From an uncultured virus (IMG/VR IMGVR_UViG_3300026382_000008) (lineage: Duplodnaviria > Heunggongvirae > Uroviricota > Caudoviricetes), in the IMG/VR virus record IMGVR_UViG_3300026382_000008: DNA of 63,830 nt, one strand, 5' to 3'. The position numbers and the translations under genes are program-made. This document shows, piece by piece, positions 49,655 to 60,038 of the stretch (positions are counted from its first letter, which is position 1; the number at the start of each line of letters is the position of its first letter). The notes below the pieces were generated by a model, which saw nothing but the letters and a program-made list of their open reading frames with translations, was not told the origin of the DNA and did no database searches.

Positions 49655-52201
49655 ATGAAACTGATACAACAACTGAAACCTTTTACGACACGCGTAGAAG
49701 TAGTTAAGCTTCCTGTGAAGAATTGTGTTTTATTTGGATTTAGTGAATCTGATAATCATGTCTTTGATGTTGTTTGGAATGATGAAAGTCCAATTGTTGG
49801 GTCTTTCGTAGGATTCTTTCCTGCAAATGTCTGTAAGATACATATTCCAACAAGTCAACTTCAGGAAATCAAAAAACGTTATAGTAAGAAACCGATATAT
49901 CTTAATACATCATTTACAAAATCTCAAAGATCATGTATTGTCGATTTATCTTATGTTACTGATAGACTAAAGAAAAAAGGTTTGACAAAACCTTATCTCA
50001 ATAGATTTGTTGAGTTTACACAGGATTGTATTAAAAGCCTAACAGAAACATTTGCAAATTATGATTACAAGTATATCTATGATGTAATTGACTTATCACA
50101 GATTCCATCAGCATTAAACAAACAAAGTTTAAGAATGTTTAACATTTATCCAATTTTAGCATTATTAGAAAGTGATGAAGCTTTTAAGGATTGGTTTGAT
50201 GAAACTATAGGTAAGATTTTTGTAACGTTAAAGTTACCTACAAATTCGTATTTAAATGTACTTGTATATGATTCACAACATAAATCTTTTGGAAACATTT
50301 CTACTGTGATTCCAAGATTCATCAATCTTCTAAAGCTTATGATACGTGACTCCAAGCAAGATGATGTAGTAGATAGAAAAGTATCTCAGTTAATGAAAAA
50401 CGTAACAAGATTTGTACCTAATAAAAAGATTCATAGCATTATTAAACAAGACTTAAACTCCTATGCAAATAAGTATCCAGATGAAGTAGTTGTAGCAGAT
50501 CCTAATAATGAAAATGAAGCTAAAAAGATTTATGCTAAAGCAGTAAAAGCTGTTGTAACTAATGATTCTGATGTAAAAGATGATGAAGTAAATGAAATAA
50601 TCGAAAATCTTACACAGATTCAAATTGAAAGTTTACAGATACCTGATAAGATTACTAAGGAAGATAAGCTTTCACCAATTCGTAAATCTGTAACACCACC
50701 ACAAATTGGGAATATTACGGAATCAAGAAAGAAAGCTTTTGAAAATCTCGAAAACTTTGTCAAGATTTATAATGTTTACTTTAAGAGACTTGGTTTCAAA
50801 ATTTTGTCTGTTGAAAGAAAACCTATTGAAGTAAGGGATATAGCTAAAACAGAACAAGAAGAGTTACTTATAAGAATTGAAGACTTAGAAACAGGTAAGA
50901 TTCACGAAATTGAATTGCTAATTCCAAGAATCATTGATGATAACTACTTCTATGTTCAAGGCGTAAAAAGAGTTTTAATCCATCAACTATTTCCTCTTCC
51001 TGTTGTATCATATAGATCAGGAGAAGTTTTAATTCGTACTAACTTTGCAAATGCAACCGTCACTCTAGAAACTAGATTCAAAACTAAATCATTTTATGCT
51101 GTTGTTCTTGGTAAGAAATTACCAGTAATCTTGTTATTCATAATCTATCATGGATCTCTTGGAAATACTTTAAAAGCTTTTGATATCGAATTTGAAGAGT
51201 CTGAAAATATTCAAGAATCGTCAACTTACTATAATCTACCTAATGGTAAGCATTTAGTAATTAAGAATTCTCTTCCACCAGAGAAAAAACTATTATTAGA
51301 TGGTCTCAAACTTGTAAAGAAATGGCCTGAAAATGATACTCTAGAAGAATGGCTTGATGTTTTATCAAATATGATAACTCAACGTTTTGCATCTCAAATA
51401 CAAGATTATTTGGATAGGTTCATTGATCCTTTAACTTACTATGTATTAGTAACAGAAAACTTACCAGAAACTGTTGATGGTTTATTCTGGTATGCATGTC
51501 AACTAGCTTATAGTGGTATTGTTACATCTCAAACTGACTTAAGGTATAGAAGAATCAGATCTGTTGAAGTTTTTGCTTTGTTGATATACAAAAGACTCTA
51601 TTTTGAATTGTACAAGTATCGCTTACAAACTGAAATGAGTACTGGATCATCTAAGAAAAGCACTATAAAGATTCCAAAAGATGCGATTCTTAAAGATCTT
51701 GTTACAACAGATGCTGTTTCGCAATATCAAAATGTTAATGCTATCAATCCTGTTATAGAATCATCTTTCATTACACGTGTTACTTATGCTGGTTATGGTG
51801 GTATAAAATCTGAAAATGTTCCAATGTCCATGAGAAACGTTGATCCTACTTACTTTGGCACAATTTGTCCTGTTGACACACCAGAGTGTCTTGATGTTGA
51901 TACAATTGTTTATAAATATGATGAAACAACACAAACTTATATTCCGACACGTATAGCTGATATTCAAGTGGGTGATAAAATACAAGGATCTGATGGAAAA
52001 CCGAAAACAGTTGTTAAGAAGTTTTTAACCTACAAAATTGGTTATCTTGTCAAACTAGATGATTCAACTGTAATTATTTGCAGTGATGATCATAGATTTT
52101 ATGTATATGACACAAAATCAAAGAGAAAGAAATACAAAGTTTTAGCTTTGAAAGATATAATGAAAGATCCGAAACGTTACAAATTTGTTTCACTAAAATA
52201 A
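49655..52201 (+). CDS. rpoB: RNA polymerase beta subunit, N-terminal part, fused to a split-intein IntN
   Basis: YFYVQGVKRVLIHQL, DLRYRRIRS, INPVIE...RVTYAGYGG, MRNVDPTYFGTICPVDTPE, then the intein. Confidence 0.9.
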   Translation: MKLIQQLKPFTTRVEVVKLPVKNCVLFGFSESDNHVFDVVWNDESPIVGSFVGFFPANVCKIHIPTSQLQEIKKRYSKKPIYLNTSFTKSQRSCIVDLSYVTDRLKKKGLTKPYLNRFVEFTQDCIKSLTETFANYDYKYIYDVIDLSQIPSALNKQSLRMFNIYPILALLESDEAFKDWFDETIGKIFVTLKLPTNSYLNVLVYDSQHKSFGNISTVIPRFINLLKLMIRDSKQDDVVDRKVSQLMKNVTRFVPNKKIHSIIKQDLNSYANKYPDEVVVADPNNENEAKKIYAKAVKAVVTNDSDVKDDEVNEIIENLTQIQIESLQIPDKITKEDKLSPIRKSVTPPQIGNITESRKKAFENLENFVKIYNVYFKRLGFKILSVERKPIEVRDIAKTEQEELLIRIEDLETGKIHEIELLIPRIIDDNYFYVQGVKRVLIHQLFPLPVVSYRSGEVLIRTNFANATVTLETRFKTKSFYAVVLGKKLPVILLFIIYHGSLGNTLKAFDIEFEESENIQESSTYYNLPNGKHLVIKNSLPPEKKLLLDGLKLVKKWPENDTLEEWLDVLSNMITQRFASQIQDYLDRFIDPLTYYVLVTENLPETVDGLFWYACQLAYSGIVTSQTDLRYRRIRSVEVFALLIYKRLYFELYKYRLQTEMSTGSSKKSTIKIPKDAILKDLVTTDAVSQYQNVNAINPVIESSFITRVTYAGYGGIKSENVPMSMRNVDPTYFGTICPVDTPECLDVDTIVYKYDETTQTYIPTRIADIQVGDKIQGSDGKPKTVVKKFLTYKIGYLVKLDDSTVIICSDDHRFYVYDTKSKRKKYKVLALKDIMKDPKRYKFVSLK
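51887..52198 (+). mobile_element. Split intein IntN (104 aa)
   Basis: Cys1 CLDVDTIV, RIADIQVGDKIQGSDG, block B ICSDDHRF, then a stop. Confidence 0.9.
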
Positions 52202-52216
52202 GAGAGGGAATGATTC

Positions 52217-52336
52217 ATGAATCATAAAACGATAGAATCCATTACACCACTTTCTAAACGTCATATGATAGACATTACCATTGATTCTAATGATAACCTA
52301 TTCACTATACAACAATCAAGAATTATTACTCATAAC
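52217..52336 (+). mobile_element. Split intein IntC (40 aa)
   Basis: IESI...MIDITIDSNDNLF...IITHN|S: canonical His-Asn end with Ser at +1. Confidence 0.9.
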
Positions 52337-54265
52337 TCAGGTAATGCTGGAGCAGTACAACATTTTGCTACTCCAGCTTTAACTGTTAATATAGCTGGCA
52401 AACTTGTTTTGAAAGTACCTGATGAAGATACAAACATCTATTCATTAGCAGTTTCACTTAATCCATTTGCATCTTGTAACGATCCAGCAAGACTTCTTAT
52501 GGCAGCATCACAACAAAGACATGTAATAGCAACAAAGGGTTCTCAAAGGCCTTTTATTTTATCTGGTTATGAAGCGCTTCCTGCGCTTCTTTCTTCGTCA
52601 ACTTTTGCTATCAAAGCTAAAAAAGATGGTGTTGTTAAATATGTTGATGATGAAATAATTGTTATACAGTATAATGATGGATCAGAAGAAGTTTTTAAGC
52701 TTGATCCAAATGGTACAGGACAAGTTAATGTAGCTGTAGAATATGATGTATTGGTTAAACAAGGGGAAAGAGTTAAAGCTAATCAACTTTTAGCTAAACA
52801 TAAATACTTCTTTGATAATCAAGGAATTTACAAAGCAGGTTTAAGACTTTATACAGTTTTTATGCCATACAAAGGTTTCAACTACGAAGATGGAATTATT
52901 ATTTCCGAAAGTGTTGCTAAGAAACTTGGTGTTTCGGTTCATATTGAACGCAAGGAGATAGTTGTAAACAAAGATGAAGTTATTTCATTTATTACTCTTG
53001 AAAAAGGACGTGTACCAAAAGGAAAGTCATTAGTAATAACCAAACCAAGACAACATCTTTTAACGTATGATGTAGATTTAGAGATTTCATCTGATGCTCT
53101 TTCATTTAGTGGTTATACTTTGTATCCATTAAAACATGATGCAGATATTCTTGATATAGAAATATATGCACCATCAGAAGAATTCGTTAAAGAATACTTT
53201 CCAGAATTACTCCCATATATTGAAAAGCAAATCCAAGAAGCTAATGAAAAAATTCAAAAGTATCATGAATTAGGTTTGGAACCTGATATATCAACAAAGC
53301 TAAAAGCTGATCCGTTTGGTGTTAAATATCAAGGTGAGATACTGAAAGATAAAATTGTTATTCGTTACATATATCGATATGAAAAAGAGACAAAATTAGG
53401 TGATAAGTTTGCAAACTTACATGGAAATAAAGGTGTTGTATCAAGAATCATACCTGATGAATTAATGCCAAGAGATCCTGATGGTAAACCATTTGATATG
53501 ATAGCTAATCAACTTGGTGTTGTGTCAAGGAAAAACCCAGGACAATTACTTGAGATGTACTTTTCAAGAGCATGTCAATATATAACAGATATGATTAAAG
53601 AAGAAGTCAAACATGGTTCTTATGATACAGCAATTCAAAAACTTAAAGAGTTTTACTCCGTTGTTTATGAAACAAAACCTAACTTAAAAGCACAGCTTTT
53701 ACAACAAATTGATGCTTTATCACCTGAAGACAAAAAAGATCTGATTGATGATTTTATAACCAATGGTGTTGTAATTTATTCTCCACCTGTAAATGGTCTA
53801 AATCTTGATGATGTTTTACGTGTTTATAAGCATTATAATTGGAAAACAGAAGATTATGTCACATTACCAGAGTTAGGTAATGTAAAATCTAGTTATCCTG
53901 TTGCATTTGGTTATCTCTATTGGTTTAAATTGGAGCAATTAGTTGATACAAAAATTAGTGCTAGATCTTATGGTAAAAGATATAAATCAAAAACTTTACA
54001 ACCTGAAGGTGATAAAGGTGAAAGAGCTCAAAGAGAAGGTGAATTAGATACATGGTCACTTCTTTCATGGGGAGCTGAAAATATCATTAAAGAATTTATG
54101 TTTATTCATGCTGATGATATAAAAGCTAAATTTCAAGCAGTTAGACAGATTATGAAGAAAGGTGAAGTTTCTTTAAATGATGTAGAATTGCATACACCTG
54201 TTTCAAACAGAATGCTTAAAGCTTTTATAGCTGGTATGATGATAACTGAAGATCTAGACATCTAG
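52217..54265 (+). CDS. rpoB: RNA polymerase beta subunit, C-terminal part, behind IntC
   Basis: NDPARLLMAASQQRH, FMPYKGFNYEDGIIISE, GDKFANLHGNKGVVS, GVVSRKNPGQLLE, AQREGELD. Confidence 0.93.
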   Translation: MNHKTIESITPLSKRHMIDITIDSNDNLFTIQQSRIITHNSGNAGAVQHFATPALTVNIAGKLVLKVPDEDTNIYSLAVSLNPFASCNDPARLLMAASQQRHVIATKGSQRPFILSGYEALPALLSSSTFAIKAKKDGVVKYVDDEIIVIQYNDGSEEVFKLDPNGTGQVNVAVEYDVLVKQGERVKANQLLAKHKYFFDNQGIYKAGLRLYTVFMPYKGFNYEDGIIISESVAKKLGVSVHIERKEIVVNKDEVISFITLEKGRVPKGKSLVITKPRQHLLTYDVDLEISSDALSFSGYTLYPLKHDADILDIEIYAPSEEFVKEYFPELLPYIEKQIQEANEKIQKYHELGLEPDISTKLKADPFGVKYQGEILKDKIVIRYIYRYEKETKLGDKFANLHGNKGVVSRIIPDELMPRDPDGKPFDMIANQLGVVSRKNPGQLLEMYFSRACQYITDMIKEEVKHGSYDTAIQKLKEFYSVVYETKPNLKAQLLQQIDALSPEDKKDLIDDFITNGVVIYSPPVNGLNLDDVLRVYKHYNWKTEDYVTLPELGNVKSSYPVAFGYLYWFKLEQLVDTKISARSYGKRYKSKTLQPEGDKGERAQREGELDTWSLLSWGAENIIKEFMFIHADDIKAKFQAVRQIMKKGEVSLNDVELHTPVSNRMLKAFIAGMMITEDLDI

Positions 54266-54279
54266 GAGGATGATACAAA

Positions 54280-54831
54280 GTGATTAGTCAAGAATTTCTG
54301 AAATTGATGAAAGAGAAGAAGTTAGGATTTGTAATAAGCTCATTAATGCAATTAGCTAAAGATAAGAAATTGCAAAATTATTTGCGTAACATTAATAAAG
54401 ATCTTATCAAGATGTCCATGTTGAATGCTTCTGATAAAACAATTCAGCAATATCTGGAGAATGTATTCAAAGCACATCCAGAAGTAAGAGAATTTATAGA
54501 GCAACATTTAAATCAAGCTTTAGGCATTACAAAACAGATACAAGAAACAGTACAACAAGAAGTTGAGAAATCTTTAGATCAGAAGAATGTAGACGAATCA
54601 AATATGAAACGAATCATAAAGAGTATAAGTTTTATTATTACAGGATGGATTCTTCTTTACTTTGTTACAAGAAAAGTAAGTCCAAAAGACATCTATGATG
54701 AAATCAAGGATAAGATATCTAATAACGAGTTGAATCTAAAAGATAAGATTCTAATAACTCTTGGAAACCTATTTATTCTAGCTGGTATTTCATACCTAGC
54801 ACAAACAGCTTTAACAAAAGTTATCAAGTAA
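54280..54831 (+). CDS. Hypothetical protein with two C-terminal TM helices
   Basis: GTG start with SD AGGAGG. Confidence 0.7.
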   Translation: MISQEFLKLMKEKKLGFVISSLMQLAKDKKLQNYLRNINKDLIKMSMLNASDKTIQQYLENVFKAHPEVREFIEQHLNQALGITKQIQETVQQEVEKSLDQKNVDESNMKRIIKSISFIITGWILLYFVTRKVSPKDIYDEIKDKISNNELNLKDKILITLGNLFILAGISYLAQTALTKVIK

Positions 54832-54838
54832 GTATTTT

Positions 54839-54869
54839 TAGGGGAGTACTCTTATGAGTACTCCCTTTT
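54839..54869 (+). terminator. Terminator related in sequence to the 26-bp palindrome
   Basis: GGGAGTACTC-TTAT-GAGTACTCCC-TTTT. Confidence 0.7.
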
Positions 54870-54919
54870 ACACTTTTGAACTTTAGCTTGAATACACTAG
54901 ATAAAAGAGAGGTTTAGAG

Positions 54920-55765
54920 ATGGAAGCTTATATCGAATTTTTGAAAAACGCTGCAAAAAGTAAATTTGGTTCTTTAACGGAATCTGTTGATCAACAATTA
55001 TCACCAATGATACCTGTTGATAATGATGAAAAATCTTATCCTGAATTTGAATGGTTTTATGGTGATGATTCTGTTGATGAAGACATTATAGAAGATATGA
55101 ATGATGCTGATGTTATAAGAATTCTTAGAAATCCAAACATATCACTTAGAGATGTTTTTGATTACGTTTATAAGATACTTATTGATGAAGATGATCTGAA
55201 TGAAGAGTTATCAATGAAACTTGTTGCAATTGCTCTTGAAAGATTTTTCGAAGAGCTTTCAATAGATCATATATACACAATCGATAAACCTTATCAACTT
55301 TTCTTCACAATATATCACTATATGTTTGTAACATATACAATTCAACAACTTGCTTTAGCTATACTTATGTTTTACATAATTAAACATAAAGAACACAGAC
55401 AACAAATTCTTTTTCCTTATCTCACTTCTTTCAAACAAATCACATTAAACAATGAAAAGTCAATTCTTGCTTTGCTTACTTTATTTAAGTATGTTCCTTG
55501 TGATGAAATTTTATCTGTTGTAGATTACGATGATGATTTCATAGTTTACTTTCAAACTTTTATGAAAAAGTTATCCCAGGATGCAACTACTTTACAGTTA
55601 TTTGGAATTGATGTAGAAGATTTTAGAGTTCTTTTGCCTTACTTAATAGAAGATGCTAATACAATTCGTGCTCTTTATACGAAACTTATTTTTAATCAAC
55701 AGATAGGTGAATATTGTAAGTTTTGTGTTTTACATTGTTTAACTGAACCAAAAGAGGAATCATAA
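54920..55765 (+). CDS. Hypothetical protein with an acidic N-terminus
   Basis: 281-aa ORF. Confidence 0.75.
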   Translation: MEAYIEFLKNAAKSKFGSLTESVDQQLSPMIPVDNDEKSYPEFEWFYGDDSVDEDIIEDMNDADVIRILRNPNISLRDVFDYVYKILIDEDDLNEELSMKLVAIALERFFEELSIDHIYTIDKPYQLFFTIYHYMFVTYTIQQLALAILMFYIIKHKEHRQQILFPYLTSFKQITLNNEKSILALLTLFKYVPCDEILSVVDYDDDFIVYFQTFMKKLSQDATTLQLFGIDVEDFRVLLPYLIEDANTIRALYTKLIFNQQIGEYCKFCVLHCLTEPKEES

Positions 55766-55768
55766 AAA

Positions 55769-56434
55769 ATGACTCTGCCAAGTGTAGATGAATTAACTGT
55801 ATGGTATAAATATGTAGCAACAATGACCTTTGTAAAAAGAAGTTATCAGCATTTTAAACATTCTATTTATGAGAAAAAGTATCTGTTTCTTAATGCAAAA
55901 GCTCAGATTCATGTTGTTCCTTTTTATTTTCATCCTACAGGTATTTATTATCAACCTATATTTGATTTTGATAAATGTAATAATAAACTTGAAATACTTG
56001 CTTTTATTGATACGATTTTATGTACAAATGGTATCAAAGAAAATCAATGTTTTATAGAGCTTTCACCACATGGGATACATGTAGGATGTAAATATGCATT
56101 TGGTCCTATATCTATAGATGATATCAGAAAAATTAGAAATTATGCTAGGGAGACATTTTCCAATAAATTTAAACATCTTGATGTAGTATCATCAATTAGG
56201 CTAATGGCAATCAGCAGAACACCAAGTTATTTAAAAAATAAAAGAATGTTTGCATTAGAAGTGAGTAAGTTCAAAAGATCGAATTTAAAAGGTCTTAGAA
56301 AGTTACAAGATGATCTAAAAATTATTACATCATCTATTTTTGAAGATCAAGTAAAGCATTATCTCTTTCTCAAAGGAATTAAGATTATAGATGAAGCTCC
56401 TAAATATGTGTTGGATGCTTTGACTAGAGGATAA
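55769..56434 (+). CDS. AEP-superfamily primase catalytic domain
   Basis: Motif I PIFDFD, motif II ELSPHGIHV, motif III LDVVS...SRTP. Confidence 0.6.
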   Translation: MTLPSVDELTVWYKYVATMTFVKRSYQHFKHSIYEKKYLFLNAKAQIHVVPFYFHPTGIYYQPIFDFDKCNNKLEILAFIDTILCTNGIKENQCFIELSPHGIHVGCKYAFGPISIDDIRKIRNYARETFSNKFKHLDVVSSIRLMAISRTPSYLKNKRMFALEVSKFKRSNLKGLRKLQDDLKIITSSIFEDQVKHYLFLKGIKIIDEAPKYVLDALTRG

Positions 56435-56435
56435 T

Positions 56436-56792
56436 ATGATGAAGACAGAACGACAATCATTTGTATCGGAATCTATAAGCTACCCTTTAGTTTTAGTTGA
56501 ACCTGTTGAAGTTGAACAATTTAGTCAAGTTTATGTTAAGGTGAATCATGACGAATATGATATATACATCAGAACTGAGCCATCTAATCCTGTTTCTAGA
56601 TTAGACAAATTTACATATAGTATTAAGATACTGAATATGGATCAGAACAAAGTCGAAATCTTTATCACAATTGATCATAAGTTTAAACCTTTTAAATCTG
56701 TTATAAGAAAGACTATTCATGTGACCAAGAAATCCGAACAACCAACATTTATATCTTCTATATCATCAGATAGAAGTTATTTTGGAGAGTAA
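56436..56792 (+). CDS. hypothetical protein
   Basis: 118-aa ORF. Confidence 0.7.
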   Translation: MMKTERQSFVSESISYPLVLVEPVEVEQFSQVYVKVNHDEYDIYIRTEPSNPVSRLDKFTYSIKILNMDQNKVEIFITIDHKFKPFKSVIRKTIHVTKKSEQPTFISSISSDRSYFGE

Positions 56793-56794
56793 TC

Positions 56795-59653
56795 ATGGTA
56801 GATAGCACATTTCCATTCCCTGCAGAAACAACGGAGACATTACTTACAACATTAGGTCTTAAACTAAATGGATCATATATAGCTTTTCAGTTTAACTTAG
56901 TAAAAGATGTATGGGGGTGTATAAAAGACTTTACCTCATTTCCCATTTATATAGAATCTGATAAATCCTATATTCTAAGAGATGTTAAACCTTTATCAAG
57001 ATCTTATGCTTTCATTCAAAAAGGTAATATAGGAGTTATAGGTTCACATATCTTTACAGATAAACAAGTTTTTTATACAGATGACTATAATCTTATAGTT
57101 ATTGATCATAAAATGATTCATATTCGTTATAATGATTCATATCTAAAAGCCAATCAAGATTCTCTTGAATTTATACCTTTAAAGAGTAAATCAGATACTA
57201 TCAAACTGATTTATAATGATGATTCTCTTTATGTTGCATATGTTAATTCTGATGAATCTTTTATAGTTGTTAATGACAAGAAAGTTAATATCATACCTAG
57301 AGATATTCATAGTATATTTGTAGATCACAGATATATATGTATTCCTACCGAACCGGATCCTATCAGCAAGATATTGTGTATTGATAGATTTACGGGAGAT
57401 ATAAATCTCTATGCACTTCCTGAGCTAAGTGGATGGCCACCTTTTGATAACCTAGTTGTGTATGATAAATATTGTATTATACCAACACATGGTTACATTG
57501 TTGATTTCGAAAATCATAAAGCAACTAAACTCTTATCAGAATTCTGTCTGCCGATAGTTATAAATGATAAACTTTATATAGCATATCCTGAAATTTTGAC
57601 TGAAGATTCCGAATTTACAACATATAGAACTGCGATTAAATCAGTTGATTTGCTTGAAATGGATCAAGACATCACTTTTACAAAAGAAGATATTGAAATT
57701 ACTTCTGTATCGACTAACTACCAAAGTAATTTGAATTCAACAAGTATGACTGTACATCAAACCTCTTTAATGGATTATGTGAGGCATAAATATGATGAAA
57801 TAGAACGTTTGAACTTTCAAAAAGATTCAGTTAAGTCTTTTAAACTCTCAATTAATGATGTTGATCTACCCGTTATAGACTCTTTTTTCTTTGCTATCGG
57901 TAAACTTAAGTTTATTTTAGATAATGATGAATCTGTTGAGATTGATGCCGTTAATGTTAAGTCTATATCAGATACAAGTGCTATAGCTTATGATAAGGAT
58001 TATAAAGCTCTAGTTGTTAAATCAGAATCTTATATAATTCCTGACATTAACAATGCTGAGCAGAAATGGAGTTTTAAAGCAAAAGGTGGGCGTCTTTTGT
58101 ATTCGGCTCTTAGGCCTAACACAGTAATTTCTTTTTCATCATTCAAAAAAGATATTATTGATTGTAGTATATCTGGTGTTATTGAAGAACCAGGAAAACC
58201 ATGTTTTCTAAAGCTTATGTACAATGATAAAGTATATACAATACAAAAACCTTGTATTCCAGAACCAACAACTATATATTTTGCAAATGCTTTTCCATCA
58301 ATTTTAACTCCCTATTTTCTTTTCAATCAAGAATATAAAATCTACTCATATGACGTCTTATCTATCGCTGTTGCTCAATCTACATGGTTCATCAAACCAG
58401 AAGTATATACATATGATAATTATGAAAAAATTATGTTTAGTGTTGATGATATACTCATCGGTGATTACGACAATCCATCATACATGATACATTGTTCAGC
58501 ACTTATAGATTTTGAGGAAAGTAACACTTTACAACTTTACATTAAATCCTTTAATTCTGAAGAATATAAATTATTGGATACATTTCAAACCATTCATTTT
58601 CCAACTCATTTGATGAAAAGTTACTATAATTACAATTTAGAAGATGATCCAACTGTTATATCATACATTGATCATGGAGTACTGTATCGATTTAAGCGCG
58701 ATCTTAAGACAAATAAAGTTACTCGCCTTCTTGAAGAACGTTATGATGGTCCTATGATGCGAATTGATCACCCTCATTTTATTTTTACTAGTTTGAAAAT
58801 CTTCGATAGAGAAACAAAAAAACTTATATATGAACTTGATGGATACTCTACTTCTTGCGCATCATTACATGGTAGTAATGTATATGTTGCTGAACATAAT
58901 GAGCGTACGTTAACTATAACAAAAGTTGATAAGACATCATCAACCATTATGAAACAGTGGACTTTTGATGTTACGTCTGATTCAACAGAATCCGTAGAAT
59001 TTTTACATTGTGAGATAATTGGAAAGTATTTATTCATTACTTTAAAATCAGATATAATTGTTTTCGACATAGATAATGAAACTAAGCTTATTCACATTAA
59101 ACGAGATGATATAGGTGATAATCAATATGCAATGAATCAATTGCTTTATTGGAATAGATTATCCATCGATAATACTGTTAAACTTTATACCGGATCGGGT
59201 CGAATTACTATAGACTTTACAAATAAGAAATGGTATGTCGAAAAATGTAAGGTTAATAGTAGTGATTTTTCATATTTCTTTGTTTCTGCTCGTATTAAAG
59301 ATAATCAAGAACAGTTTCTTATCTATGCTTTAGAAAGACAATCATGGAGACTTGTTTTAAAATCACATTTACTTTTAACAGATGGTGATACAACATGGGA
59401 ATTCAAAGCTTTTAATGATGATGGGTCTATATACGTGACTCAACAAATAGCATGTGATACACCAGAAGTGCTTGATGTTTGGGGTAATACTTGTGTTGGA
59501 AGTTATTCTCAGATTTTCAAAATGGCAGGAGATGTAAGTTTATATGTAGATTTTGATAATCTAAAAGAATTGGAACATGATTTCTACTCACTGAAGCAAT
59601 CAAATATAGATATTACATTTGAAGAGTTAGCATCAGGATCATTCACAACATAA
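56795..59653 (+). CDS. Large beta-rich (possibly beta-propeller) hypothetical protein
   Basis: 952 aa with repeated short beta-strand patterns. Confidence 0.7.
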   Translation: MVDSTFPFPAETTETLLTTLGLKLNGSYIAFQFNLVKDVWGCIKDFTSFPIYIESDKSYILRDVKPLSRSYAFIQKGNIGVIGSHIFTDKQVFYTDDYNLIVIDHKMIHIRYNDSYLKANQDSLEFIPLKSKSDTIKLIYNDDSLYVAYVNSDESFIVVNDKKVNIIPRDIHSIFVDHRYICIPTEPDPISKILCIDRFTGDINLYALPELSGWPPFDNLVVYDKYCIIPTHGYIVDFENHKATKLLSEFCLPIVINDKLYIAYPEILTEDSEFTTYRTAIKSVDLLEMDQDITFTKEDIEITSVSTNYQSNLNSTSMTVHQTSLMDYVRHKYDEIERLNFQKDSVKSFKLSINDVDLPVIDSFFFAIGKLKFILDNDESVEIDAVNVKSISDTSAIAYDKDYKALVVKSESYIIPDINNAEQKWSFKAKGGRLLYSALRPNTVISFSSFKKDIIDCSISGVIEEPGKPCFLKLMYNDKVYTIQKPCIPEPTTIYFANAFPSILTPYFLFNQEYKIYSYDVLSIAVAQSTWFIKPEVYTYDNYEKIMFSVDDILIGDYDNPSYMIHCSALIDFEESNTLQLYIKSFNSEEYKLLDTFQTIHFPTHLMKSYYNYNLEDDPTVISYIDHGVLYRFKRDLKTNKVTRLLEERYDGPMMRIDHPHFIFTSLKIFDRETKKLIYELDGYSTSCASLHGSNVYVAEHNERTLTITKVDKTSSTIMKQWTFDVTSDSTESVEFLHCEIIGKYLFITLKSDIIVFDIDNETKLIHIKRDDIGDNQYAMNQLLYWNRLSIDNTVKLYTGSGRITIDFTNKKWYVEKCKVNSSDFSYFFVSARIKDNQEQFLIYALERQSWRLVLKSHLLLTDGDTTWEFKAFNDDGSIYVTQQIACDTPEVLDVWGNTCVGSYSQIFKMAGDVSLYVDFDNLKELEHDFYSLKQSNIDITFEELASGSFTT

Positions 59654-59663
59654 GGAGTTTGAA

Positions 59664-60038
59664 ATGGTGTATTCAAGCACATACAAAACAGTTTACAATT
59701 TAATTCTTGAGCAATTATTGCAACGTTTAGATCTAACAAGAGTTAATGATGAAGTTTATCTTGAACAACAACTTCAACATGTGTTAAAACCTTTCAATAA
59801 TGACTTTAAAGAGCATTATAATCGTGAATTAGAATTTGATATATCATATGATGCTGATAAAGCTTCTCTTGTTCTAAAAGCTAAGAATGTGTTATCAACT
59901 GCCTGTTTATTTCGGTCTATTGAAGACATATGGGAATTCTATGATCCAGATGATGATGTTTTTGATGATGGATTTTTACGTGTTTATGAAAAAGACAAAA
60001 AAATTTATGTGATTGATTATTTAGGGGATGACTCTTAA
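59664..60038 (+). CDS. Hypothetical protein ending GDDS* inside the palindrome
   Basis: 124-aa ORF with SD AAGGAG. Confidence 0.75.
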   Translation: MVYSSTYKTVYNLILEQLLQRLDLTRVNDEVYLEQQLQHVLKPFNNDFKEHYNRELEFDISYDADKASLVLKAKNVLSTACLFRSIEDIWEFYDPDDDVFDDGFLRVYEKDKKIYVIDYLGDDS

